In this document: in pieces, positions 50,046-63,760 of the stretch
Layout: every line of letters starts with the position of its first letter
How positions within the stretch are numbered: position 1 is the first letter of the stretch
Assembly: GCA_951406725.2 (NCBI GenBank)
Contig: OX597827.1
Location: 2,728,001-2,792,000, forward strand
Direction: 5' to 3'
From: Octopus vulgaris
Taxonomy: Eukaryota
Length of the DNA stretch: 64,000 nt
Made by a program: the position numbers and the translations under genes
The notes under the pieces: generated by a model
Seen by the model: only the letters and a program-made list of their open reading frames with translations
Database searches by the model: none
Told to the model about the DNA's origin: nothing

Positions 50046-51392
50046 ATAATAATAATAATAATGTTCATCCAGGACATCACATGAGAGAAGATGGGTCATG
50101 CTGTGTCTGTCTGTGGCAGATCAGATCGACACATGTTCAGAAGGTTCTGCTGCAGGTTGGACACTGGTAGTATGCTGGGAATTAAGGCAAGGAATTGGCC
50201 CTGAACTTGTGCAGTTCACATTTTGTTTCTGCTCCTGTGATCCTATTCTTCAACAGCTTTCTCAGACAGTTCATAAGGAAGCAGTTTATAAAGAATAGCA
50301 TGTAAATATAGGGTTAAAAATCCCTTTGGATAGAAAATGTCAGGTAATCTTTGACCTTTTTCTAACTAAATGGCATTTTAAGCCAATATTTACATGCTAT
50401 TTTCCACTGAGGTTGGCTTGGCCTTTCATCCTTTCAAGGTTGATAAAATAAGAACCAGTGGAGTATTGGGGTCAATTTAATCAGTTTACTTCCTCCTCCT
50501 CCTCTGAACTTGCTGGCTTTGTGCCAAAATTTGAAACCAATATTTACATGCTATTTATTGCTTTACCTCCTTGAAGTTCCACTGTTAAAAACGATTCGAC
50601 TTTAGCTTTCATTGCCATTTTGACACTAGCGTAACTAGGGGAGTGGGTGAGTGATTGGAAGACATGAGGGTGACTCACCCCAGACAATGCATGCAACAGG
50701 GTGCCACCTTATGGATCTGCTGTAAAAGCCTGAATAAGCTTTTTACTGGGAGTGGAGACAATGAATGAAGGAAGCCTCTATAGGGTTGTTCAACCTACCA
50801 GAAATAGTAGCCAAATCTTCTTCAAAAAGTGGGGGTAACTCTAAAGCTGCCCCAGGTAGCACACAATCTATGATATTACCTTTGGGGTTTGATAAAGTAC
50901 CAGTCTTGAGTGATGGAATGGATTGGAAGAATTGTTAGAACATTGGATAAGATGTCTTGTATTATCTGTTCCAAGTCTTACTATATTGGAATCAAACTCA
51001 CTTCCCATCATCTACTTCTTTCTGGCAGGAAACAATTCTACAAGTACAACAGTTGGCTAATCGAGATAAGTTTTTAGCATCAGATAGAACAACATGTTGA
51101 CTTGAGCAACATCTCGGATAGCTCTTGCGCAAGACAGGAGATATGTTAGACCATAAAAAAAAAGGAAAACTTGGATTTACTTGTTTCACTCATCAAAGGT
51201 AGCCATGCTGAGGCAGCACCTTGAAGGGTTTTAGTCAAAAAAAATCCACCTCCAATACTTGTGGGTTTCTTTTTAAAATACTTATTGTAGCAGTCTGTTT
51301 TTGTTGAACCACTAACTTATGAGGATATAAACAAACCAATACTGGTTGTCGAGCAGTGGTAGGGAACAAACATAAAAACATATATATGTGTG

Positions 51393-51448
<56 letters not shown>

Positions 51449-51458
51449 CATACATACA

Positions 51459-51668
51459 TGAGGGGGTGCTGAAAAGTCCCTGGCTTTGGGTAAAATTCAG
51501 GAGGATCAGTTAATTATGCTTTTATTCAACATATTCCCTTCTCAGACTCACACACTCATTGCAGTGGTCCTTCAGTTTTTCTCAACCCTGTATAAAAGAA
51601 CTTGAAATATTGGGCCTTCAGTCAGGCCCCTTTTGATACCCTTACAACCAGGAAGTTTTCAGCATCCC

Positions 51669-51672
<4 letters not shown>
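51459..51672. mobile_element. Mariner-derived MITE (family F) inside the microsatellite of a family A SINE
   Basis: TIR tgagggggtgctgaaaagtccctgg / ccaggaagttttcagcatcccttca, TA context. Confidence 0.82.
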
Positions 51673-51706
<34 letters not shown>

Positions 51707-52189
51707 GATTCCATACAACCTCTGTTTACTAAATTTACTCACAAAGCATTGAGTGACCTGAGGTTCGATTAGAAGGCACTTGCCCAAAAGAGTGCACAGT
51801 GGGACTGAACCCAAAACCATGTATGGCTAAAACAAGCTTTTAACTGTACACAGCCATGAAATGAAAGCTGATAATGGAAGGATTAGATTGCACATCAATG
51901 AAGCAGTGAACTTTGGATAATGTTAACCATCTAATCTGGTTGTCTTAGATAACAGCACTTCTGCAGCAGAGAGATGTGGTTGGTTATATTGATGTAAGAG
52001 GGATGACATATTAAGGTAAAATAACATGGCTATTACTGTGCCAACTGTGACCATCACAACTGATGTAAGGACTTGTTCTGACATCAGCATCTCCTTCACA
52101 AATGATACTTATTCCACTATCACTACCACAATGATTTCAACAGCATTAACTTCACCACTCTCATCAAAACATCAACACAAGCAATCCTG

Positions 52190-52197
52190 TCACCACT

Positions 52198-52241
<44 letters not shown>

Positions 52242-52802
52242 CATCTAAGCCAGTATTATTACTAGCACTACAACCATTACAACAAGCCATACTGTCACCA
52301 CCACTAACATTGCCACCACCATCACTTTACGACCACTGACAACATGACTACCACACACCACCACTACATACTCTTGTCACTACAACCACCACTACGTACC
52401 ACCAACCACCACCTGTACAGTTGACTTGTGTTCAGTGAGACAATGAGTAATAGCTTTATCAATAATTGACTTGACAATTACGGAGGTTTATTAACACACC
52501 ATTTAAAAATTCCTCACAACACCATGACAACGTCAACATCACTGGCATCACAACAACCATCATTGCAGCTATCACAACCATCATCACCACAATCACCACC
52601 ACCACCACCACTACTACTACTACCACTACCACCACAACAGCAACAACCACTACCACCATCACCATCGTCATCACAGCAATGTTGATCAAGTTGTGACATA
52701 ACCATCATGGCAAGTTAGGAACCGTTAAAACCAACACACACCCTCCTCCTGACACACTCTGCCAGCACCACCACCATCATCATCATCATCATCATCGTCA
52801 CT
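52190..52802. repeat. (CAC/TAC/CAT)n low-complexity region
   Basis: Trinucleotide repeats; similar tracts at 54314-55080 and 55320-55480. Confidence 0.85.
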
Positions 52803-54571
52803 ACTCTGTGGAATAAAGTGAGAGAGAATGAGAGGGGGGAGGATAGGGGTTTCTACCTTATCATTTCAGAACAATGCATTTATTGGTCTTAATTAGAAAA
52901 TTTCATGTCTGTAAAGTTGTACTGGAAGATAATGGATGGATTGTGAGAATGTATGGATGGGTGTAGGGGCAATGTATGTATGTATGTATAGCTGAACGTA
53001 CATACATACATACATAATGGTTAGATATATGGAAGGACATATGGATGGATGGATGGACAGACAAGAGAAAAAAGGGAAGAGGATGATAAAGGGTAGAAAA
53101 GCACAGAAGTAAAAATAGATAGATAGATAGATAGGAGGAAAGACAGGCAGATGGGTAGATAGACAGAAGGATTGATAAATAGGATAGAGGGATAGATAAA
53201 TAGGATAGAGGGATAGACAGACAGACAGACATGAATGGACAGTCAGATAGATGGACAGATAGGATACACAAACAGAATGAGAGATGAATAGATGGACAGA
53301 TAGACAGATGGGTGGACAGTAGATAGATAGATTGTAAAAGATGGAAGGATGAATGGTTGAGTGGGTAGTGGAGGTAGCTGTGCAACAGTGGTGCCGGTGG
53401 CCATGTTGGCTGTAGTGATTGTGGTTGCTGTTGTTGTTGTTGTTGTTGTAGTGGAAATAGCACCAGTAAATTGTTGTAATGGCATCAGCAATAATTGCTG
53501 TGTGCTGGTGGCGGGAGGAGAGATAGATGGAGATGGAGAGGAATGGAGAGTTGCAGGGAAGAAGGACAAAGAGAAGCTAAAGTAAAAGACAAAAAAAAAA
53601 GAAAAAAAAGCAACAAAAATTTAAGTAAGAACTAATGAAAAGAAAGGAAAGGAGGAAGGAAGGGGAGAGAGAGAGAGAGAGGAAGGAGAGAATGAAGAAG
53701 ATGGATGGCTTTAAAATTTCAAATTGATGATAGATGAGAACACTTGAGAATTGAAAAACTCACTGACTTGCTTACCAAGAAATTTTTAGGTGCAAAAAAT
53801 TTGATAACAATGATGAGGTATGTTTAACCCCTGAAGAGAGAGAGAGAGAAAGATTTTTGTATTTTATTATATATACAGATATACATACAAATGTGTATGT
53901 ATGCTTATACATGCATTCAATAGTATATTTATATGTATATACAGATATACAAATGCATATATGTATATAAATGTGTATATGTGTGATTATATGTATATAT
54001 ATATATATTGAGAGACAGACAGATATGCAAAAATATTAGTGAGAGTATACAATGTGTATAGATATGTTTGTGTGTGTGTATATATATATATTTATATATA
54101 TGCATATATATGTATATATATATATGCATATATATGTATATATGTTCGTATATGCAAATGTGTATCTTTTGCTGTTTTAGAAGTTTTTATTATCTTCTTT
54201 AATTTATTTCCTCTTTTTCATTCATTCATTCTTTCTTTCTTTCCTTTTTCTTCATTTGTATTTATTTTATAGTTTTTATTTATTTAGACTTCATTTGATT
54301 TTTACCTCCAACAATGAAAATCAGCAATACCATTCTTAATGACATCAGCATTGCCACCACCACTACCATCACCACCACCATAACAATTACAACTATCATC
54401 ATCATCATCATCCCCAACACTATTATCCTCATCATCATGACCACCACTATAATCATCATCATTGTCATCTTCATTAAAATCATCATAACAACCACTGCCA
54501 CCATCATTATACTCATAATGACCACTATTGTCATCATCATCATAATCACCACCACCACTACCATCATCATA

Positions 54572-54768
54572 AATGCCTATTTCTTTACTACCCACAAGGG
54601 GCTAAACACAAAGGGGACAAACAAGGACAGACAAACAGATTAAGTCGATTATATCGACCCCAGTGCGAAACTGGTACTTAATTTATCGACCCCGAAAGGA
54701 TGAAAGGCAAAGTCGACCTCAGCGGAATTTGAACTCAGAACGTAATGGCAGACGAAATACGGCTAAGC
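54572..54768 (-). mobile_element. SINE family B (5'-truncated)
   Basis: cctatttctttactacccacaaggggctaaac...gaactcagaacgtaatggcagacgaaatac. Confidence 0.88.
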
Positions 54769-56302
54769 CACCACCACCATCATCATCATAAGCACCACCA
54801 CCACCGTCATAACCACCACCACCACCATCATAACTACCACCATTATCTTTACTACTACTACTACCACCACCATCATCACCATGACTACCACCACAGCATC
54901 ATAAACACCACAACCATCTTCATAACTATCACTACCATCATCATCATAGCTATTATCACTGCCATCATCATATCTGCCACCACCACCACCACCATCATCA
55001 TCATAACTACCACCCTCATCATTATTATAACCATCCCCACCTTCATCACTTTCACCCTAACCACTACCATTAACACCAATAACAGGCTACTAAAGGAGCT
55101 TCTTTATCATTGCATGACTTGTTAAACATAGCAGCCAAATCTGTCTCAAATCATACTCTATTGCTTTAAATAATGAGGGAATATCCTGGATAATGTAGCC
55201 CTAGATACTTTATTTAAAAATATTTTTATGATTGAAATAGCTTTGATCATGGGATTGATTGATCAGGATTGACCCGGGTTTAAATAAGCTCAGTAGCAAC
55301 ATTTTTGCTATAAAACCACAGCCATAACTAATACCAACACAATAACCACAACCACCAGCACCACCACCACCACCACCAACAACACCATCATAAAATATTA
55401 CTAACAGCATCATGGCCACTACCACCACCATCACTACCACTGACAGAGACATCATCGCCATCACAATCACCATTGCCAACAATAAACTCATTCTACCTTG
55501 AAAGATCATGTTGATAACAAAGGTTAGCAAGTCTTTGAGGAAATTGTGCACTAATTTGCGTGGGTGTATGTACACACACACACAATATGTGCATGTACAT
55601 GCATGTATGTATCTTTATGTGTGGGGATATCTGCATCTATGTGTGTATGCACATCAGTTTGTATGTATGAGTGTACATGGGTGTGTTTGCATGTGTGTGT
55701 TTAACTGTTGTGCCTCCTATGTCTATATATGTCTATATATGTTTTGCTAGAATGCCTCCACAGCGTATGTATTGCCATTCAAGGTAACAGTAAACATCGA
55801 CACATCAAGATATTAAGTTCATCTTTTCTTTATATTTCACACAATATTTCAAATATATTCTCTGATCAACACCATCTGACTTATCTCTACATCTATATTC
55901 ACCACTATCTGTCTGTCTGTCTGTCTCTCTTTAAACAAACACTTATATATATACAGAAATGTTTCATGGTGAGAATATAAACCAAACATTAGTAAGTCTA
56001 TATATGTGTATATGTATATGCATATGTATGTGTGTGTACATATATATCTATGTATGTACATCTGTATAATATATATGCATATATATGTAAATTAAAATAT
56101 ACAGTATTAGACATCAATTTCAGCTGATCTCACCAGTCAGTTTCCCACTGGGTTTTATGTAACTGGATATTAGATAACAGTACAGTTAAGAATACCACAT
56201 GCTCATCAAAGATGGCAGTTATTTAACTGTGCTGTTATATAATATCTTGTTATTTAATACCCAGTGTGAAACTGATCGGTAAGACTGGCTGGAATGGCTC
56301 TA

Positions 56303-56514
56303 TGAGAAAGTGCTGAGAAGTTCCTGACTTTGAGCAAAAGAAAGAAGGATCAGTTAATTATGATTTTATTCAACATATTCCCATCTCAGATTCACACACT
56401 TATTGGAGCATTCCTTCATTTCTTCTAAGCCCTGTAAAAGAACTTGAAAGATTGGGTCTCTAATCGGGCCTTTTGCAATACCCTTAAAGCGGGGAACTTT
56501 TCAGAACCCTCTCA
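56303..56514. mobile_element. Mariner-derived MITE (family F) with TA TSD
   Basis: TA-tgagaaagtgctgagaagttcc...ggaacttttcagaaccctctca-TA; minus strand QGLEEMKECSNKCVNLRWEYVE* (mariner transposase C-terminus). Confidence 0.85.
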
Positions 56515-56742
56515 TATAATATTGTAAACATTGCTTAATAAACCCTTTCTGTTAAGAAATATACAAGTGCACATTTTACCTGCCATACTGATTCTTAGAC
56601 AACTTTGCAACTATATATGTATGTGTAATTGTGTGTGTGTATATATATAGGGAGAGTTTATGAAAAAAAACAACAAAAGATGAAGACAGGTGGTGTACAA
56701 AACAAACAGATGTATTAGTATAACACTCAGGAATAGAAAAAG

Positions 56743-56780
56743 TCTTTTATGTTTCGAGCCTACACTCTTCTACAGAAAGA
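56743..56780 (-). ncRNA. Minimal hammerhead-like motif (variant core)
   Basis: Minus strand TCTTT-CTGTAGA-A-GAGT-gtag-GCTC-GAAAC-ATA-AAAGA: perfect 5-bp stem I, 4-bp stem II; A6 changed to U and ACGT to ACAT. Confidence 0.65.
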
Positions 56781-57163
56781 GACACAGAAAACAAGGAGAG
56801 AAAAAAGTGTGTAGTGGCTAACGATCTATCATAAAGTATAGGGGTTTAGTTCACAGGTGATCTAAATGATTAGATATGCTACATAAGTGCTGTAATGGAT
56901 AATGAGGCTCCAAGGCTATAGCCGAGATGGTAGCTATGGAGCCATTGCCGATTTCTGATGCACCAGATTTTTTTGTTAAACAGGACGTCAAACATTTAGG
57001 CAAGGCAAACATCTCAAGTCATATACAATATCATTACAGGAAGAAATTCAAAATCTTACAGCCCATTACAAAATCTTTGCCCATCGTGCTAACATTTCTG
57101 CCAGCTCGCCACCTTATCTTATTGATATGTACCATTCTCATTTTCATATTTTTTCCCCAATTT

Positions 57164-57218
57164 GTCTCTGATGACGGAATATCTCATACTCAGGGATATC
57201 CCAAAAACAGCTGTAAAA
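57164..57218 (+). ncRNA. Hammerhead ribozyme motif (G12 decayed)
   Basis: GTCT-CTGATGA-C-GGAATATCTC-atactca-GGGATATCCC-AAAAAC-AGCT-GTA-AAAT; palindromic stem III ACAGCTGT, same family as 13871. Confidence 0.68.
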
Positions 57219-57819
57219 TTTTGAATTTCTTCCTATAATGATACTGTATAAGATTTGAGATGTTTGCCTTGCCTTAATCTTTGACTTCCTGTTTAACAAT
57301 TACACACACACAAATGGACTGGAAAATTTTACCATTCTCAAATCAACTCAATGGAACCCCCATAAAAATAGAAATTCTTCAATGAAAGGTATAAAACTAG
57401 ACATACTTCCTGGCATTTCAACATCATCAGTCCTTCATTTGATAGTGATTACTAGTGACTACTAGTAATATAATACTAGACATGCAATGGCTGTCTGGTT
57501 AAGGGGTAAAGCTCTCCAGCCATATGCCCTTGGGTCCAGTCGGATTGTGTGGCACCTTGGTTAAGTATTTTCTTCAATAGCCCTGAACTCAGCAAAGCCC
57601 TGTGAGTGAATTTGGTACATGGAAAGTGAAAGAAATCTGTCAGCAGGAGTGGCTGTGTGGTAAGTAGCTTGCTTACCAACCACATGGTTCTGGGTTCATT
57701 CCCACCGTGTGGCACCTTGGGCAACTGTCTTCTACTATAGCCTCAGGCCGACCAAAGTTTTGTGAGTGGATTTGGTAGACGGAAACTGAAATAAGCCTGT
57801 CGTATATATGTATCTCTCA

Positions 57820-58115
57820 TGGTTGAGCTGCTACTTTTTCCATAGTAAAGGGTCATGGCACCATTAGTACATGTGATTAGAATGTCACAGGGAAGAATCA
57901 TAAGACAGATTCTTCAAGCCAAGCCAACTAGCAGGAGATCTACAGGTAAACCCACAGCAAATTGGTTGGATAATATCTATATTATCAGTTGGTTATGCTT
58001 GCACTTCCAGCTGAAAAGTCTAACGTCAGTTGTTTCTGATAGGGCCCTACAGAAGAGGTGCCTGAGAGCTCTACCTATGTGACGTTTCCAGAAATAGAGG
58101 GTGGAGAAGAAGAAT
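57820..58115 (+). mobile_element. RTE-clade LINE ORF 3' remnant
   Basis: HVIRMSQGRIIRQILQAKPTSRRSTGKPTANWLDNI matches the RTE C-terminal GH..RM...R...IL...P...R..G.P...W.D pattern; (gaa)n tail. Confidence 0.8.
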
Positions 58116-58568
58116 GGTTAGTTTAAACTTGTCTTTTCATGAGTTTAAAAGAATTAAGAAAAGACAATTGAGTCTTTTCACTCATTGAAGAACTTAGCAA
58201 AGGTATACAAGACAAAACCAACATCCTCCCACTGTTACAACTAAGACGCATATATGCAGTCATGTAATTGCGTAGAAATCGTAACCAAATGTCCCTCAAA
58301 TAACAACTGTCTCTTTAATAAAGTCCTGAATGTCTGAGAAAAAATATGAGATGGGGATGTGTGGGAAATTTTTGTCATGTCCCGGTTAATCAAGCCTTGA
58401 AGTAAACAACAACAATAAATTGAATAATATCTTTATATTCCACCCTGCTGTAAAGCTTCTGCATTGATGTGTGTGTGTAAGAAATAATGGTTGTGCTATT
58501 ATTAAGTGGTGTAGATACAACAGACAGATTGACGGTCACACTGATTGATAGAAAAATTAACCAGATAT

Positions 58569-58985
58569 AGGCGCAGGAGTGGCTGTGTGGTAAGTAGCTT
58601 GCTAACCAACCATATGGTTCCGGGTTCAGTCCCACTGCATGGCATCTTGGGCAAGTGTCTTCCACTATAGCCCCGGGTTGACCAATGCCTTGTGAGTGGA
58701 TTTGGTAGACGGAAACTGAAAGAAGCCTGTCGTATATATGTATATATATATATATATGTGTGTGTGTTTGTGTGTCTGTGTTTGTGTGTCTGTGTTTGTC
58801 CTCCTAGCATTGCTTGACAACCGATGCTGGTGTGTTTACGTCCCCGTCACTTAGCAGTTCAGCAAAAGAGATCGATGGAATAAGTACTGGGCTTACAAAG
58901 AATAAGTCCCGGGGTCGATTTGCTCGACTTAAGGCGGTGCTCCAGCATGGCCGCAGTCAAATGACTGAAACAAGTAAATGAGTGA
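58569..58985 (+). mobile_element. SINE family A, young full-length copy
   Basis: aggcgcaggagtggctgtgtggtaagtagc...gactgaaacaagtaaa. Confidence 0.92.
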
Positions 58986-59446
58986 GATAAGAGAAATTCA
59001 GAGAATAGATATCTGTTCCATTAGTTTACAGTTGTTTCGTAATCTCTGTTAGTTATATGAATGACGTTATATCATCTTTCACACATATACATAAATATAC
59101 ATTATAGATGCACATACAAATATAATTGTTGTTGTTGTAGCATAAGTAACAGACTACACTTCAGAATGTTTCATGGCAAGTTAGATGGGGAGGCACAAGC
59201 ATCATCCTAATCTCCACTCTTCCCTGCCTTAAGACAGACTGAAATTGCTGAGACAGATTTCTATGGTTGGATGCTCTTCCTGTCATTAGCACTCACCTGT
59301 TTCCTAGAAAGGTAATATTGCCCTGCAGCTGAACATGTTTTCATAGAAGATTGGTGATGAAAGACACTATACATTAGTGACACTTGCTTACCACACTGAT
59401 GCTAGGTCAAAATAAGGAGCCACCAACTCATGCACATACATGCATG

Positions 59447-59497
<51 letters not shown>

Positions 59498-59510
59498 ACA
59501 CACACATATA

Positions 59511-59759
59511 TTGTGTTGGAGCATAATTATTGCAGCTTTTTTTCAACATATTTTATTCAACAAAAACCATAACATGTAACAAAAACATCTTTAAATGATT
59601 ATTCTGGAGCATATTCACCACCTACTTCCATTACTGCTTCCCATTTGCTTGGCAGACAGTCAGACCATCATTCAAAGATGTTTTTGTTAAATATTGTTAT
59701 TGTTTTTGTTGAATAAAATTTGTTGAAAAAAAAACTACAATAATTATGCACCAAGCCAA
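59511..59759. mobile_element. Mariner (Hsmar1/MADE1-like TIR) deletion derivative with about 90-bp inverted arms
   Basis: TA-ttgtgttggagcataattattgcagc...ctacaataattatgcaccaagccaa-TA; minus strand 59661-59599 = DCLPSKWEAVMEVGGEYAPE* (mariner transposase C-terminus). Confidence 0.85.
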
Positions 59760-60619
59760 TATATATAAGTATACATACACACACACACACATATATATAA
59801 ACGGGCACCTTTCAATTTCTGTCCACTAAATCCACTAACAAGGCTTTGTTTAGTCTAGAGCTATGGGAGAAGAAACTCACCTCAGATGCCATGCACAGTG
59901 ACTGAACCTGGAACCATGTGTTTGAGAAGCAAACTTCTTAACCACACAGCTACACCTTATATACACACATTCATACATACATGCTCCTACAAATACATAC
60001 ACATATGTATACACACACACTTTTGTCACGCCACACTAAAAGTGTCTTTTCACACAGATAAGTTATTTTCTTTTTATATGTGTGTATGTATATGTGTATA
60101 TATATACACACACACACACATACATAAAGAGAGAGATATGTACTTATAGGTGCATGTCTGTTTTTACCATCACACATACACACATATATCTGAATATATG
60201 TATGTCTCCTATGAAATTTGTCCAATACACAAAGCTCCCTAGAGCCAAGCAACAGGCTACAGAAATGTCATGATCCAAAGTGTTGGAAGCAAATCCCGAT
60301 ATATCCAATATCCAATAACACAGATTAATCGGTTTTCTTTAATTCCTGCTATCCACTTTGCCTGGTCAACAACAGATTGTAGTTTCTCTGCCTTCCATCC
60401 TCACCCTAACCTCTCCCACCTCCCATTTTTCTGTGGTATCTTTGGCCTCCATTCTCTCTTTTGTTTTGTTTTGTTTACACACCTATCTTCATCATTTGTT
60501 CTCAGTTTAAGTATTTGGGTGTGTGTGTGTGTGTATGTCATTCAATGTTCATGTTCCATTCTTGCATGAATTGAATGTGTGTGCATATGTTTTTATATGT
60601 ATGCATATCTGTGTGTGCG

Positions 60620-60653
<34 letters not shown>

Positions 60654-61718
60654 AAGTGAGATTTATACACACAAGCATATGTACATACATATATGTATGT
60701 ATGCATTTATATATATATATATATACATATACTCACACACACACACAAATATATATGCATACACATATGTATCTATGCATATATATATATATACAAATAT
60801 ATATATACATATACATACATGTATATATGCATGCATACATACATAAATATATAACCATACAATCTATGCCAGCATAGAAGATGTATATTAAATAATGGTA
60901 TATCTATATCTATATATATATCTCTACACACACATTTATATGTACATACAAGCATACTCACATACACACAACACAATGTTCTCTACAGTTTTTGCACATG
61001 TCTATGTCAAGGTATGACAACTGTTGTGCGATTTGAGGCAGGAGCAGGAATTCACAGCTGTCTTTTTGTCTCCAGAAAAATTAATGTCATTTCTTTAATG
61101 GCATCTTAATTCCAAAGAATTGCACATTCCTTGAGATAATCTGCCTTGCTCATTTGATGTCATTCCTAATTGTCACTTGGTGTTTGTTTACCTTCTCTCA
61201 AAACAGAGACAATTTCAATAAAACAAGAATTTGTCATGCAGATAGATAGCGGATTTTTTTTTAGCTTTGATTGCATACATGAACATCTTTACATGTATTA
61301 GTACTTACATTGATTGTACATATAAACATATACACATACATGTTCACACACACACACATGTATATAACAGATTAAAGGGGATTTAGAAATCCAAGTTGTT
61401 ACCTCCATCAACATTCCAGTGAATATTGGCTTGCAAAGTGCACAGAAGAGAATAGATTTCCTTAAAGGAAAACATTTTGAACCAACTGAAATTCCAGAAA
61501 GACTATAATGCAGAAAGTTCAAGAATGGAAATGTTGGTTCTACTTTCTTCAACTTATTGTATGAGTATGTATATATGTTTGTGTAAGGGCAGCTGCATCG
61601 AACTCTCTCATGCACCAAATGGCAATTGTTAAAAAGCATTCGTGAAGTAAAATCATGTAGCAACACCGAATGGCGGTGCCCCAGCATGGCCACAGCTCGT
61701 GAGCTGAAACTAGATAAG

Positions 61719-61770
<52 letters not shown>

Positions 61771-62025
61771 TTAGTGAGGGGTTATCAATCCAAGCAAAAT
61801 ACTCTATAAGCTCTCTGTTAGTACATCAGGCTAACGATATTGTTTAGATTAGTAAAGAACTCTGGGTATTCTGGTGGCAGGGTCTGAGGTTATAGTTCAT
61901 CACCATTCTATATTGTGAATCCATGGTTCTATTCCAGTTATACTGTTTTTTTTTTGGTTTTTTTTTACAGAATGATACACAAGACAAAACATAAATAATA
62001 GAGAGATAGATGTAGAGACACACAC

Positions 62026-62069
62026 ACAGTCCAATGAAGGCTAACTGGTCGAAACTTCGAAGTCACTGT
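62026..62069 (+). ncRNA. Minimal hammerhead motif (core decayed)
   Basis: ACAGT-CCAATGA-A-GGCTA-ac-TGGTC-GAAAC-TTCGAA-GTC-ACTGT: perfect stem I, 10-nt palindromic stem III, GUC triplet. Confidence 0.72.
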
Positions 62070-62332
62070 TAACCCTCATCATCATCATTTAACATCCGCC
62101 TTTCCTGCTAGCATAGATTGGATGGTTTGACAGGAGCTGGTTAGGCATTTGCCTACACTAAACTTCTTTGTATGTTTTGGCACAGTTTTTACAGCTGGAT
62201 GCCCTTCCTAAGACCAACTGCCCAGCAGAGTGGACAGAGTGCTTTTCACATAGCACAAGCACAGCTGAGGTCACCTTCTAATAACAGTATTCTTATTCTA
62301 CAAAAGAATATTGAGTAATTCTGCAGTTGCAT

Positions 62333-62750
62333 GTACTCTTTACTCTTTTACTCTTTTACTTGTTTCAGTCATTTGACTGCGGCCATGCTGGAGCACTGCC
62401 TTTAGTCGAGCAAATCGACCCCGGGACTTATTCTTTGTAAGCCCAGTACTTATTCTATCGGTCTCTTTTTGCCGAACCGCTAAGTGACGGGGACGTAAAC
62501 ACACCAGCATCGGTTGTCAAGCAATGCTAGAGGGACAAACACAGACACACAAACATATACATACACATACATAATTATATACATATATACGACAGGCTTC
62601 TTTCAGTTTCCGTCTACCAAATCCACTCACAAGGCTTTGGTCGGCCCGGGGCTATAGCAGAAGACATTTGCCCAAGATGCCACACAGTGGGACTGAACCC
62701 AGAACCATGTGGCTGGTTAGCAAGCTACTTACCACACAGCCACTCCTGTG
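62333..62750 (-). mobile_element. SINE family A, young full-length copy
   Basis: (tactcttt)n tail and complete reverse-complement match to 58569-58985. Confidence 0.92.
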
Positions 62751-63090
62751 CAATTGTTTCTATTATAACTTGTCATAAAAGCAAACATGAATATAGGCAT
62801 AATATGACTGAATTGTTAATAAGTTTCCTTTGCAACCATGAGATCCCAGGTTCAATTCCACAGCATGACAGCTTAAGCAAATGTCATTTTCTATGGGCTC
62901 AAGCTGACTCATACTCTCCAAATAAAATTGGGTCAATGGAAACTGTACAGAATCCTATGATACTGATTCTTCCTGAGAATTACATTAAGGGTGTGTGTGT
63001 GTAGAACGTACAGCCATTTACCATTCTGGAGCAGGTAGTCCAGTTCATTGAATATCTGAATCCTCATTGTTGAACAATGGAAACCCACCA

Positions 63091-63142
<52 letters not shown>

Positions 63143-63727
63143 CTACTGATATCATTAGAATTCATAAACTTTCAGGAGGGCATGAAATAACTTTGTTTTG
63201 GAACAGTGGGTCTTGAATCACACAAAGCTATAGATAATAGCATGTAAATTTTGTGTTGGCCAGCCTTCAACTTTTTTATCTAAAAGGGATTTTAAACCCA
63301 ATATTTTATAATTTATAGTTTTGTGTGTGTGTGTGCTTCAAGATCCACTGTTCCAAAAAAAAAAAGTGTATGTATGTATGTATGAAACCATCTGTCTATC
63401 AAATATTTTTATATATCTAATTTCCCTGTGTGTGTCTGTATTTTTAATTGTTTACATCATTGGACTGCAGCCATACTGGGGCAACCCCAGAACTTGGTCT
63501 TTTCTGTCTGGCATTTATTTTATTTATCCCTTTTGTTGAACACCTATATTATGAGGAACATCAACAAACCAACACTGGTTGTCAAGCAATGGGTGGGGAA
63601 AATGACATACATAAACACAATGCCACACACACTACCTCTGTGTGTGTGTATGTGTGTGACTGCGTGTGTAATCGTTGGCGATTTTCTTCCTCCGTCTTCC
63701 CTTCCTTAGATCTTTCCCTTTCCTATG

Positions 63728-63760
63728 TTTCTGACGAAGAGCTCTGCTCATAACGTTAAA
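63728..63760 (+). ncRNA. Minimal hammerhead motif (GAAA decayed)
   Basis: TTT-CTGACGA-A-GAGC-tct-GCTC-ATAAC-GTT-AAA; same family as 56743. Confidence 0.65.
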
